Assembly: GCF_006345805.1 (NCBI RefSeq) | Contig: NC_043001.1 | Location: forward strand, 59,892,001 to 59,956,000 | Direction of reading: 5' to 3' | Source of the DNA: Octopus sinensis | Taxonomy: Eukaryota | Length of the DNA stretch: 64,000 bases | Shown here: piece by piece, positions 1 through 10,608 of the stretch | Layout of the letters: each line of letters opens with the position of its first letter | Position numbering within the stretch: the stretch's first letter is position 1 | The notes under the pieces: generated by a model | Seen by the model: the letters and a program-made list of their open reading frames with translations, nothing else | The model's database searches: none | Told to the model about the DNA's origin: nothing | Program-made: the position numbers and the translations under genes

Positions 1-263
1 TGATGTGGTGGCTGAAAGCTTTCTGAATCTTCTTCGTAATTACAACAATGCAGATTGAATCTGTCAACGAGCTATCCTTGCTCCAAAAGATGTTGATGTA
101 AATATGCTATTGGATAATTTTTTGGGAGAAGTATTCCTTTATAACTCAATTGACAGTGTTTTTGATGATCAGGATATTGTTAACAACCCCTTCGAATTTT
201 TTAATTCGCTAGGACCACCAAGTACAACTCCTCATTGTCTTCCGCTGAAAAAAGGGACTCCTA

Positions 264-1556
264 CGAGGGGCGTTCAATAAGTAATGCCCCTGACCCACTT
301 CCCATAGTAGTAGAGCAACGAAACTTGGCACAGTTATTAGGCGTTTTATACACAGGAACCATCCAGAGTTACGCATTTCTCCCTTTATTTGATGCAGCTC
401 TGGAGACCGTTTTTGTAGAAGACCCCAGCTTGGTCCTCCAACCACGACGTGACTTCAGAAATCAAGGCTGCATCATCTGGGAAACTCTTTCCTTTCAAAA
501 ACAACTTCATGACTGGGAAGAGGTGAAAATTAAAGGGTGCAAGGTCAGGAAAGTAGGGGCGATGGGGGAGGAGTTCATAGCCATACGCCTGTGCTTCTGA
601 TCTGGCGACAAGCGAGTTGTGGACTGGAGCGTTGTCCTGCAGGAGGAGCATGCCTTTGATGATCTTGCCCCGCCTCTTGATTTTGATAGCTTCTCTTAAT
701 TTCCTCAAAAGTGAAGCATAATAGGCTCCTGTAATTGTGGTACCCTTTGCCAGGAAATCTGTCATCACTACTCCGTCCTGGTCCCAGAAGACTGTGAGCA
801 TGACCTTGCCAGCGGAAGGCTGCACCCTTGCCTTCTTTGGAGGGGGTGAGTCACGGTGCTTCCACTGCATTGACTGAGCTTTGGTCTCTGGATCATCGTG
901 ATGGACCCAGGTTTCATCCTGTGTAATCAGTCTTTTGAACAATTTAGACTCATCTTCTTTGCACATCTCCAAATTCACCCTCGAGTACTCGACGCGTTCT
1001 TGCTTCTGGAATCGGTGTGAGCAACCTGGGAATCCATCTGGCAGACACCTTTTGCATATGCAAATGGTCATGAATGATAGTTTCTACAGACCCGGTATTA
1101 ATCTTGACCTCATGGGCTATTTGGAAAATAGTTATGTGTCGATCTTCCAAAATGGCAGCCTCAACTTGACGGACAGATGCCTCATCAATGGCAGAAAGAG
1201 GGCGACTAGATCTGGGAGCTGTTTCCACAGAGTTCCGACTATGTTTGAATTCACAATGCCAGCGTTTTACAAGGTCATATGATGGGGCATCATCACCATA
1301 AGTTACTTTCATTTCATCAAACGTCTCCCGTGGTGTGCGTCCTTTCAAATACAAAAACCGGATCACTGCTCGACACTCAACAGGCTCTATTTCACACTTG
1401 ACTCAGTTCAAACACCTGTAAATCAGAAACCACAATTAGTTCAGAGCTATAATTTGCCGCTTAATCCATAGAGATATAAATAATTGTACATGCAAAATGC
1501 AGCTAGATCAAACAACAACAAGTGGGTCAGGAGCATTACTTATTGAACGTTCCTCG
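264..1556 (-). mobile_element. Full-length mariner (DD34D-type) transposon, 1293 bp, TA target-site duplication
   Basis: 37-bp TIRs: 264-300 (cgaggggcgttcaataagtaatgcccctgacccactt) and 1520-1556 (3 mismatches). TA at 262-263 and 1557-1558. Confidence 0.95.
340..1390 (-). pseudogene. Frameshifted mariner transposase
   Basis: ORF 950-1366 (HTH region, WIPRLLT) and ORF 385-1071 (TQDETW, LQDNAP, HRPYFPDLAPFNFHLF; third catalytic Asp replaced by Asn) lie in different frames. Confidence 0.9.
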
Positions 1557-2081
1557 TATTATTTTATAGCATAATTTGTCCCAACCAAAATTATACAATG
1601 GTACAAAGCTAATTGTGCACAAACTTATGAGAAACTGCACTGAGGCAAATATCCTCACTAGTTGTGGTAAATATGAGACCGTGTTCATTCCTCACATACC
1701 AGTTATACCCTTTAATACCCTTTTCCAATATAAGCGGTTACATTTTCCTATCCAAGTTTATTATGCCATGCGCATTAATAGAAGTCAGGGACAAACACTA
1801 AAAATTGCTGGATTGCAACATGAAGAACCATGTTTTTCGGTTGGCCAACTTTATGTAGAGGCATCACGTGTGGGAGCAGAAGCAAATATAATAGTCAAAC
1901 ATTAATTCTTATATGAAATTGACCTTTATTCTACTTCAGTTATTACACGATTTTCTCTTGTAAAATACATACATAGAAGGGGAGTAAATTTTATATAGAG
2001 TAATATTTTAAATGTGGCTCCTGAGAAAGAGTAATAGAAATTACCCGATGAACGACGGCAGTTACTGAGCTAGTAATATAT

Positions 2082-2146
<65 letters not shown>

Positions 2147-2287
2147 AAAGTTTTGGGAGAAGCATTCATTATAACTCAATTGACAGTGTTTTATATATAT
2201 ATATATATAATGTATGTATGTATGTATGTATGTATGTATGTATGTATGTATGTATGTATGTATGTATGAATGTATGTATGTATGTAT

Positions 2288-2528
2288 GCGCAAGAGTGGC
2301 TGTGTGGTATGAAGCTTGCTTACCAGCCACACATTTCTTTAGGTAAGTGACTTCTACTATAGCCTCTTTGAATTTCCTTTAACACCTCAAAGTGAAATCT
2401 CTTCCCTGAACATGGAGGCTCGTCTCACCTACGACGGAATCAATTCTTAAACATTACTGCGGACCATCGAGACACCAGAAAAAGCCTTGTGAGTAGATTT
2501 CGTAGATGGAAACCGAAAGAAGCCTGTC

Positions 2529-2575
<47 letters not shown>

Positions 2576-2792
2576 GTGTGTGTGTGTGTGTGTGTATGTA
2601 TTTGTGTGTTTGTCCCACCACCATCGCTTGACAGCCAATGTTGGTACGTTTACGTCCTCGTAAATTAGCAGTTCAGCAAAAGACATAGAATAGGTACTAG
2701 GCTTACAAAGAATAATTCCTTGTGATCGATTTGTTCGCCCTCAGGTTGTGCTCCGTCATGGCTGCAGTCATGTGACAGAAACAATTAAAAGA
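2288..2792 (+). mobile_element. tRNA-derived SINE with internal microsatellite, carrying an inserted HHR-family fragment at about 2365-2480
   Basis: Head gcgcaagagtggctgtgtggt; body aaagccttgtgagt...gaaagaagcctgtcgta...tagaataggtactaggcttacaaagaat. Matches copies at 22615-22925 and 42207-42410. Confidence 0.75.
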
Positions 2793-2856
2793 ATATAAAA
2801 AAGTATACCACTACATACATACATACATACATACATACATACATACATACATAAAC

Positions 2857-3408
2857 ATGGTGGCTGACACTTCGTTATCGAGTATGGCCATTGCACGAAG
2901 CTTAATCAATGTTATCATGTAATGCCTGTGCAAGAAGATAATTTTTAAAGTGAGGAAAGGCTGTGCACTGAATCAATTCCCTTTCACTAAGCTACAGCAG
3001 CCATAATCCGAAAAGAACAAGTGAACATCATCGGTAACCATTGAGTCGCAGGTTTATATCGGAGTTATTGCAGTTACCTGAGTTATCTTCTCCTAGAAGG
3101 ATGCTATAACAAAGGCTAGGAGCCCTTCACTCCCAATGGTTTAACCGCGCGATCGGGTATTCAGACCGATTATTTCTACGTCCCCGCGCATGATACAGCC
3201 TTAAGACATTTATTGGAAGGCCGTTGACTCTCAAGAGTTCCTCCGCCCTTTGACGGGTTTTGTTTTTCATCCTGCAGGGTGTCCAATAAACACCCTCCTC
3301 ACCAAGCAAGCTTGGTGGGGTTGCCTGTTTAGTCGCCGATGACCCGACCATGCAACAGGTTGTACTGGGTTGCATGTTACCAGTAGCACTCGAAAGTGAC
3401 CTGACACA
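2857..3408 (-). mobile_element. Probable non-autonomous retroelement / RTE-like 5' UTR fragment
   Basis: GC-richer non-coding block between TACA tracts. Minus-strand ggcgactaaacaggcaacccc resembles RTE-type 5' UTRs. Family assignment is tentative. Confidence 0.35.
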
Positions 3409-3489
3409 TACAAATACATACACATACATACATATATACTAGGACACTTCAGAAGAAATAAAATGGATTATCTCGAACATAAGCCCAAA

Positions 3490-5546
3490 GGTCGGAAATG
3501 GTTGGACACTGCACGAGAGCGTGCAGAACGGTTTCATCGCTCTGACCGTATCTCGGCTAGCTCTACCGACACGGCTCGAGAAATACGTGTTTCTCGAGCC
3601 GTGTCTGTAGAGCTTATGCCGAACGGGTAGCTTATCCCGAACGGGTAGCGCTTGTCGGTAGCACTGCTAGGTCAGGGATCTCTGGAAGTTGTCCATGGGC
3701 CCTGGCCCGAAAGTCGTCCTGAACAGGCGGGTCAGGTATTCCTCGTCGACGTCCAGGTTCGCTCCGAGCTCGTCGTCGTACCTCCCCCCACTAATCCCCT
3801 ATAGAACGCTTTGGTTGATTGAAATCACTCAAGGTCGACCCGGGACGGCATAGTTGCTTGAGAGTACAAACGACGACCACATCTGCTCACTGTCGTGTAC
3901 GCAGAGCCTGATATGTCGCAGTCTCAGCGCGTGTTTGCGGATCAGCAACCACGGCATACCCAGTCCACCTTTTAACGAGTGTTGACAGCAAATGGATCGC
4001 CTGACCATCGGGACGCATCCTTTCCACAAGAAGCGAAAGAGAATGCTTTCTAGTTTGGTGATGGTAGGGTCGGGACAAGGCACGACGGTCAGGCGGTAGT
4101 AGATGACGGACGCGATGTACGTGTTCGCCACCTCCGCCCGACATTTTAGGGACAGTTTCCTCTCGGCCCATTGCCGGGTGAGAGTGACCACCCTACTCGT
4201 TATCTCCTTCCAGTTCTTCTCCATTTGGAGGTCCGGACCAAACCAGACCCCGAGCAACACGACCGGACCGTCGGTCCAGCGTCCCACGACGGAGGCGCTG
4301 GTGGACGGCATGGGCTTGCTTCTCCAGGTGCCGAGCCGCAATCCCACTGACTTTTCCCTGTTGATTTTCGCTCCTATCACCGCTTCGTAGTCATTCAGTG
4401 TCTCGCTGACCAGCTCGATGTGCTCGTGGCTAGATACTATGATGGTGACGTCGTCCACGTATGCAGACACACTCGTCCCGCATCCCAATTCTCGCGGTAT
4501 GCCCCTCATAGTTGCTAGGTTCCGCAATAATGGCTCGAGAGTCATTACGTAAAGAAGCGACAAAAGGGGGGACCGAACGTACAATGTCAAAAGGTCTCGA
4601 TAGATGTCCATTTACGCGAATTACCGAACGGATACCTCTGTACAAAGCAGCTATTGAGCCGCGGAAGACGGGACCGAAACCAGCTGCTCTGAGGACAGCC
4701 TCCAAGTATCGATGCTCTACTCTATCGAAAGCTTTCGATTGAACCAAATTGATCAGGGCCCCTACCATGCCAGGTTCCTTAACTACCCTGTCTATGATGT
4801 AGCGCATCAGATGGAGGTTGTCATGGATGCTCGGCCCGGCACGGCGCACGTTTGCGCCTTGTCGATGACAAGCGCCAACCTCTTGGCTAACACCTTGGCC
4901 AAAATTTTCAAGTCTACATTAAGCATAGTGATGGGCCTAAAGTTATCTATTACATCCCCTTTGTGTAGATCTCCCTTCAGCAATGTTACGGCTCCTCGGC
5001 TCACAAAACCAGGGATGCTCCCGATTTTGCTGCCAGTTGCAGTACGCCGCTCCCAAGATGTCTCCAAACAAGTCTGCCATACGACTGTAAAGCTTGTAAG
5101 GTAGACCATCCAAACCCGGCGATTTGTTCCTCGAGCATTCTGCCACCGCGTCCCGCAATTCCGCCGCCGTGATGGCACCTTTGCAGCGCCCTGCCTCTCT
5201 TGTCGAGAGTCATGGCAGGCTTTGTAGGTAGGCACTGAAGTCCACCCTACGTTCTTGCCCGCCACTCGTCCCGAACAGTCGGACAAAATGCTGTTGAAAG
5301 GTCTCACACATTTTACTTGGCTCGAGTAATTCGCGCTCCTGTTCATCTACCAGAGACCGAATGGTTGATTTGTTACCCTGTTGCGCCTGTGCCACCCGGG
5401 TCTCTCCCGTGGCTCCAACACCTTCATTCCCTAGAGCACGCATCCTAGCTCTGACAACACATCCTTCCTGTTTGGCATTGAAGTGTTGGTGGAGGACCCA
5501 CCTAGCCGCCAAAACGTCGGATGTGATGCCGCTTCTAACTGCCTCA
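3490..5546 (-). mobile_element. Tx1/L1-clade non-LTR retrotransposon RT relic (frameshifted)
   Basis: Motifs across frames: KSPGLDGLPY, NFRPITMLNVDLKILAKVLAKRL, QTCAVPGR/IHDNLHL, SKAFDRVEH, SAYVDDVT, AKINREKS, FRFLWKG, GGLGMP. Confidence 0.9.
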
Positions 5547-6175
5547 TAGATAATCTCCAGATATTCATTTTATAGAATGCACTTAGTAGTTCTCGTGGGA
5601 TAAGATAGGGATAAGCAAATTAGACATATCAACATATGAAGTATATTAAATTCAAGAAATACAAAAATGTACATATGTACATATATAAAGATATCCAAGT
5701 TACACAAAATATAAATAATATAGAGGAACAAAGGGGAGGAGGAAATGTATTACAGATCGAACAGCTGTTTCTGGTGGATCGGCAGTCTGTAGTAACGTTT
5801 GAGGATTGATTTCGTCGTAGAATGAGACGAGCCTCCTTGAGGCACGAGATCTTACATTTGAGATGTTAAAGGATAGAAATTCAAAGATCTTTGAACTTCT
5901 GTCCTTTATCATCTCGAATGTAGGATCTCTTCCCTGAAGATGGAGGCTCATCTCATCCTATGATATAATCAATTTACAAACATTACTACGGACAACCGTG
6001 GCCCCAGAAACAACTGTTGGAACTTTAATACTTTTCATCCACCCTTTTAATTCTCAATATTATTTGTTTTCTGTGTGAATTAGACTTTTTTATATGTATA
6101 CATACATACATGTTTTATATTTCATATATTTAATATACTTTATATGATCTGTCTAATTTGCTTATCCTTACATTT
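5547..6175. repeat. Fold-back (inverted) pair of an HHR-bearing PLE pLTR-like family, centred at about 5887
   Basis: Arms diverge from the central palindrome ttcaaagatctttgaa (5880-5895). Same family as 41640-42015 and 2365-2480. Confidence 0.75.
5930..6022 (+). ncRNA. Hammerhead ribozyme-like motif with long helix-II insertion
   Basis: TTCC CTGAAGA TGGAGGC...GGCCCCA GAAA CAACTG TT GGAA. Confidence 0.55.
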
Positions 6176-6391
6176 ACTTATGTAGGCATACGTTTACTTG
6201 CCGCTAGATTGATTCTCTGATTGGGCGGCGCGTTTTGGTCTTGAGAAAAACACTTCATTTCACGTTGCTCCAGACCCCTTTTTCTATCACGAGAGATGTT
6301 GGCCTGCTCGCCTAGCCAGTGGGGTGGCGTCATTTGAAGGCAAAAACAATGTAAATATTATTGTGACCAGCCTGGTCGGTGACGTGATCAT

Positions 6392-6455
<64 letters not shown>

Positions 6456-6458
6456 GAA

Positions 6459-6531
6459 TCTTACTGAAGAGCCAGCCTGAGTAAATAAATACTATTTTTA
6501 TTACTGAATTTGGCGAAACTGCAGTATAAGA
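6459..6531 (+). ncRNA. Minimal type-I hammerhead ribozyme (copy 1)
   Basis: TCTTA CTGAAGA GCCA...TGGC GAAA CTGCAG TA|TAAGA; predicted cleavage after 6526. Confidence 0.85.
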
Positions 6532-6862
6532 AAAGTTAAGTTTGTAAAAGTTTTTAATTTTCATCTCACTAAATTTATCCAGCTATTGTGTATCTAGTGC
6601 ACTCTTCGCCTTGAATGTAATGATATATGTATAATATATGGCGTGTACTGGTACACCGGCGATTATAATTAATTTTATTGTATCGCATTTATCTTTGTTT
6701 ACATATTCTCTCGATAAATTTCTGACCGTTAGACGATATACCACAATCCCCTATTTTGTCGGGTTTGTTCTGAGTCTGCGCAGTGTTTTGAATAGTTTAG
6801 AAAGAGCATTTCGATAGACGCACATGGGTCTATTGATATGGTCTTCCCATCATTAACAGGAA

Positions 6863-6935
6863 TCTTACTGAAGAGCCAGCCTGAGTAAATAAATACTATT
6901 TTTATTACTGAATTTGGCGAAACTGCAGTATAAGA
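6863..6935 (+). ncRNA. Minimal type-I hammerhead ribozyme (copy 2)
   Basis: Same sequence as 6459-6531; predicted cleavage after 6930. Confidence 0.85.
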
Positions 6936-7100
6936 AAAGTTAAGTTTGTAAAAGTTTTTAATTTTCATCTCACTAAATTTATCCAGCTATTGTGTATCTA
7001 GTGCACTCTTCGCCTTGAATGTAATGATATATGTATAATATATGGCGTGTACTGGTACACCGGCGATTATAATTAATTTTATTGTATCGCATTTATCTTT

Positions 7101-7157
<57 letters not shown>

Positions 7158-7645
7158 CATACATATACGTGTATGTAAGCAAAGATTCAGTAGAGTCAAC
7201 GACCATCTGAGAGCTGGGAGTAAGAGAACGCTCGCGTTTGTTTAGGCATCCCTCTAGAAGAAAATCTCTGATTTACCACCTGCGATGTCGATTGAATCCA
7301 ATGATGTATTCCGAATCTTTTGTGCAAATGCCTACATTGTTTAGAGATTGGGTTTAAGTCTGTGCTAGGTTTTTCCTAACTCAAAACCTTTCAGGCATCG
7401 CTTGATTTTGAACATCTCTGTTACGTGTTGCATAATACGCCTGGTGTAGTGGACTAACATCAAACACTCAATAAAATATTTCATGATGAAATGAAGCCAA
7501 AGGTCAGCATGCGTGAGGTGTCCATCGTGGACACATTTATACAAAATGGTATGGAACACTAGCAAGACTGAAAACCACACTTTTACTGATTTAAAAAAAA
7601 GATTGAAACTGAAAGGCATCTACCATGTATAAACTCAACGTCTGA

Positions 7646-7683
<38 letters not shown>

Positions 7684-7774
7684 TTCTCCCTCTCTCTTTC
7701 ACTGCATATAATATAATTGATATAAAATATACATACATGTATATTATGAGGATAACAATAGTAGTAATAACAAC

Positions 7775-7830
<56 letters not shown>

Positions 7831-7832
<2 letters not shown>

Positions 7833-8386
7833 GTCCTGATGCAGTACCAGGCAGTGGCTCTCATGGCTTCTGATCTTAACTGATTGGAAGTGTTATCATG
7901 TACATTGTTTTGTCTTGGTATAAAAGATGGGCTACAGCAAATATTCTGCTCAATACCACAGATTTGCTTGTCAGTTGTTTGACCTTAACCAGTTGAGCAT
8001 GTCCCTTCGTGGCTGACAATATGTGCATCTCTGATCACGAGCAGAAGTAGTGGGGGAGCATCATGGCCATGTGTTGAGAGGGATTCTTTGGGGTTTGAAT
8101 AGTTCACCTCTGGAAACATGGGTGGTTCTTTCAACATCCTTAAACAACCCTTATTCAGGGACCGTTTGAGCGGAATGGGCTACTCAATCTCAAGAAAATT
8201 CTAACTGGGCCCCACCTGCAAGGTCATGTGCTGTTTATCTTGATATGAGATCACCATGTCGCGCACATATGGTTGTGATGCATGTGCCTGGTGTACCTTT
8301 ATCAGACGGGTAGTCATGATGGGTATATTGGGCTTCGTATATTTTACCCCAGTGTCACTTTGATGGCATGCACTGCTCTCTCACTC
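7831..8386. mobile_element. Non-coding interspersed element inserted in an (AAT)n microsatellite (possibly Dong/R4-dependent)
   Basis: Complex 556-bp sequence with long (AAT)n on both sides (about 7775-7830 and 8387-8523). Lies directly upstream of a Dong-like RT. Confidence 0.5.
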
Positions 8387-8514
<128 letters not shown>

Positions 8515-8523
8515 TAATAATAA

Positions 8524-9686
8524 TGGCTCACGAAGGGGAAAACCATCTTAATTCCCAAATCCAACGAGACAGCAAAACCAGGAAAATACAGACCTATAAC
8601 CTGCCTCCCTACAATGTACAAAGCATTTACTGCAGTAATATCACGAAGATTGAACAAGCACCTGGACGAAAACAACCTATTTCCAGACGAGCATAAAGGA
8701 TGCCGCAAAGGCTCATATGTCTGTAAAGATCAACTAATGATCAATAAAGCCATAACTGAAGACAGCCACAGAAAGAGGAAAGGCCTCAGTATGGCCTGGA
8801 TCGACTACAGAAAGGCGTGTGATAGCAATCCTCCACGCATGGATCCTCGAAACACTAGCCATTAACAAAGTAGGACCAACAATTATAAATTACATAGGAC
8901 ACTCTATGAATAAATGGCAGACAGTGTTACAACTCCAAACAAAAGAGGGACTCGTGAAAACCAAAGCCATCCCCATTGGAGGGAGTCCGCTCTCTCCACT
9001 TCTTTTCTGCTTGGCACTGTCACCTCTATCTAATATGCTAAATATAACTGGATGCAGGTATAAATGTTTCGGCAAAACGATCAGCCACCTTTTATATATG
9101 GATGACCTAAAACTATACGCTACAACTGACAAACAGCTGGAAACACTACTAAAGACAGTTCATAGATTTACCAAAGAAATAGAAATGAAATTTGGATCAG
9201 AATAATGCGCCAAAGTAACCCTGAAAAAAAGGAAAACTAGTTAAGAGTAGCAACATCACACTAGATAAAAACCAATGAAATAAAAGAATTAGACCAAAGC
9301 CAAACTTACAAATACTTAGGAATCCATGAACTAGATAAGACACAGCACACACAAATGAAAGAGAAAATAAAAAAAGAATATTATAGATGAGTTAGATCAA
9401 TACTAAAAACAGAGCTCAATGATAAAAACAAGATAATATATATTAACACTTTGGCCGTCCCAGTTATAAGTTATAGCAACAATATCCTTAACTGGACACT
9501 AAATGAACTGACCAAAATAGATAGGAAAGCAAGAAAAATGATGACAGGATCTAGGATGCATCACCCAAAATCTGACTTACAAAGGCTATATATACAACGT
9601 ATAGGAGGTGGTAGAGGCCTTATACGGCTGGAAAACTTCTATAAAATAACCACCATAGGACTGCAAAAATATCTACTTCAGAAGGA
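8524..9686 (+). mobile_element. R4/Dong-clade non-LTR retrotransposon RT relic, 5'-truncated at (AAT)n
   Basis: WLTKGKTILIPK...YRPITCL; MYKAFTAVIS...KGCRKGS..CKDQLMI...SMAWIDYRKA; LSPLLFCLAL; SHLLYMDDLKLY; RLYIQR.GGGRGL. Confidence 0.9.
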
Positions 9687-9910
9687 CAATCTACTGTATG
9701 TATGTATATATATATACATACATATATATATATATATATAGAATGGTTGTATACTGTCAATCTAACACGAACGTGACAGTAGGGGGGTTACACCACCGCT
9801 CTTTAGCCCTAGGAAGCATCGACGCCTCCTGATGGCTTTGACACGTTTTTCCTGTGTCCTTATATACATTTACGAAGGGGATACAAATACCCCCAGCCGC
9901 CCGGGCTGCA

Positions 9911-9955
9911 TCTAGGGACACGTGCTTCAGGATGATTGTCCTTCGTCGGCCTAGA
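9911..9955 (-). ncRNA. Hammerhead ribozyme copy (GAAA mutated to GAAG)
   Basis: Reverse complement: TCTAGG CCGACGA AGGA caatca TCCT GAAG CACGTG TC CCTAGA. Confidence 0.65.
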
Positions 9956-10299
9956 GTAGCAGACACCGGTCAGCTGACGATATCTGTCTCGACTCTTAAT
10001 GTATATATCTAAATTTCAGTGAAGTCTATTCACTGATTATCAAAATCTATTATCAAAGCCATCAGGAGGCGTCGATGCTTCCTAGGGCTAAATAGCGGTG
10101 ATGTTCCCCGCTACTGTCACGTTCGTGTTAGATTGACAGTATACAACCATTCTATCGCCCCACCACCGTACATGTCTCTACGAGAGATTTAGAAATTTAG
10201 TATTTCTGATTTTGATAATCAGTGAATAGAATTCACTGAAATTTAGATACTTACATTACGAGTCGAGACAGATATCGTCAGCTGACCGGTGTCTGCTCC

Positions 10300-10344
10300 T
10301 CTAGGCCGATGAAGGACAATCATCCTGAAACACGTGTCCCTAGA
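10300..10344 (+). ncRNA. Minimal hammerhead ribozyme, U4C core variant
   Basis: TCTAGG CCGATGA AGGA caatca TCCT GAAA CACGTG TC|CCTAGA. Confidence 0.8.
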
Positions 10345-10562
10345 TGCAGCCCGGCGGCTGGGGATATTTGTCTCCCCTTCGTAAATGTATATAAGGACAC
10401 AGGAAAAATGTGTCAAAGCCATCAGGAGGCGTCGATGCTTCCTAGGGCTAAAGAGCGGTGGTGTAACCCCCTACTGTCACGTTCGTGTTAGATTGACAGT
10501 ATACGACCATTCTATCGCCCCACCACCGTACATGTCTCTACGAGATTTAGAAATTTAGTATT

Positions 10563-10608
<46 letters not shown>

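Larger units (their letters stand above)
1..2073 (+). mobile_element. Helitron relic (PIF1-like helicase C-terminal part plus 3' end), interrupted by a mariner
   Basis: 1-261 reads ...RAILAPKDVDVN...YNSIDSV...EFFNSLGPPSTTPHCLPLKKGTP. It resumes at about 1559 as IL*HNLSQPKLYNGTKL...AMRINRSQGQTL...FSVGQLYVEASRV (PIF1 motifs). Degenerate hairpin plus CTAG|T terminus at 2043-2074. Confidence 0.85.
6453..7105 (+). mobile_element. Retrozyme/pLTR-like element: 249-bp direct repeats (6453-6701, 6857-7105), period 404 bp, flanked by (TA)n
   Basis: The repeats look identical by eye and each contains an intact HHR. Confidence 0.8.
9739..10568. mobile_element. HHR-bearing element: inverted copy (9739-10047) plus tandem direct copies (period about 360 bp), between (TA)n tracts
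   Basis: 10053-10210 is repeated at 10413-10568. 9739-10047 is the reverse complement of about 10207-10515. Confidence 0.85.

Noticed and set aside
3300-3408. Possible HDV-like ribozyme on the minus strand (cctgtt...gg gtc..gac taaacagg)
   Set aside because: P2-, P4- and J4/2-like pieces are visible, but P1, P3 and L3 could not be folded convincingly by eye.
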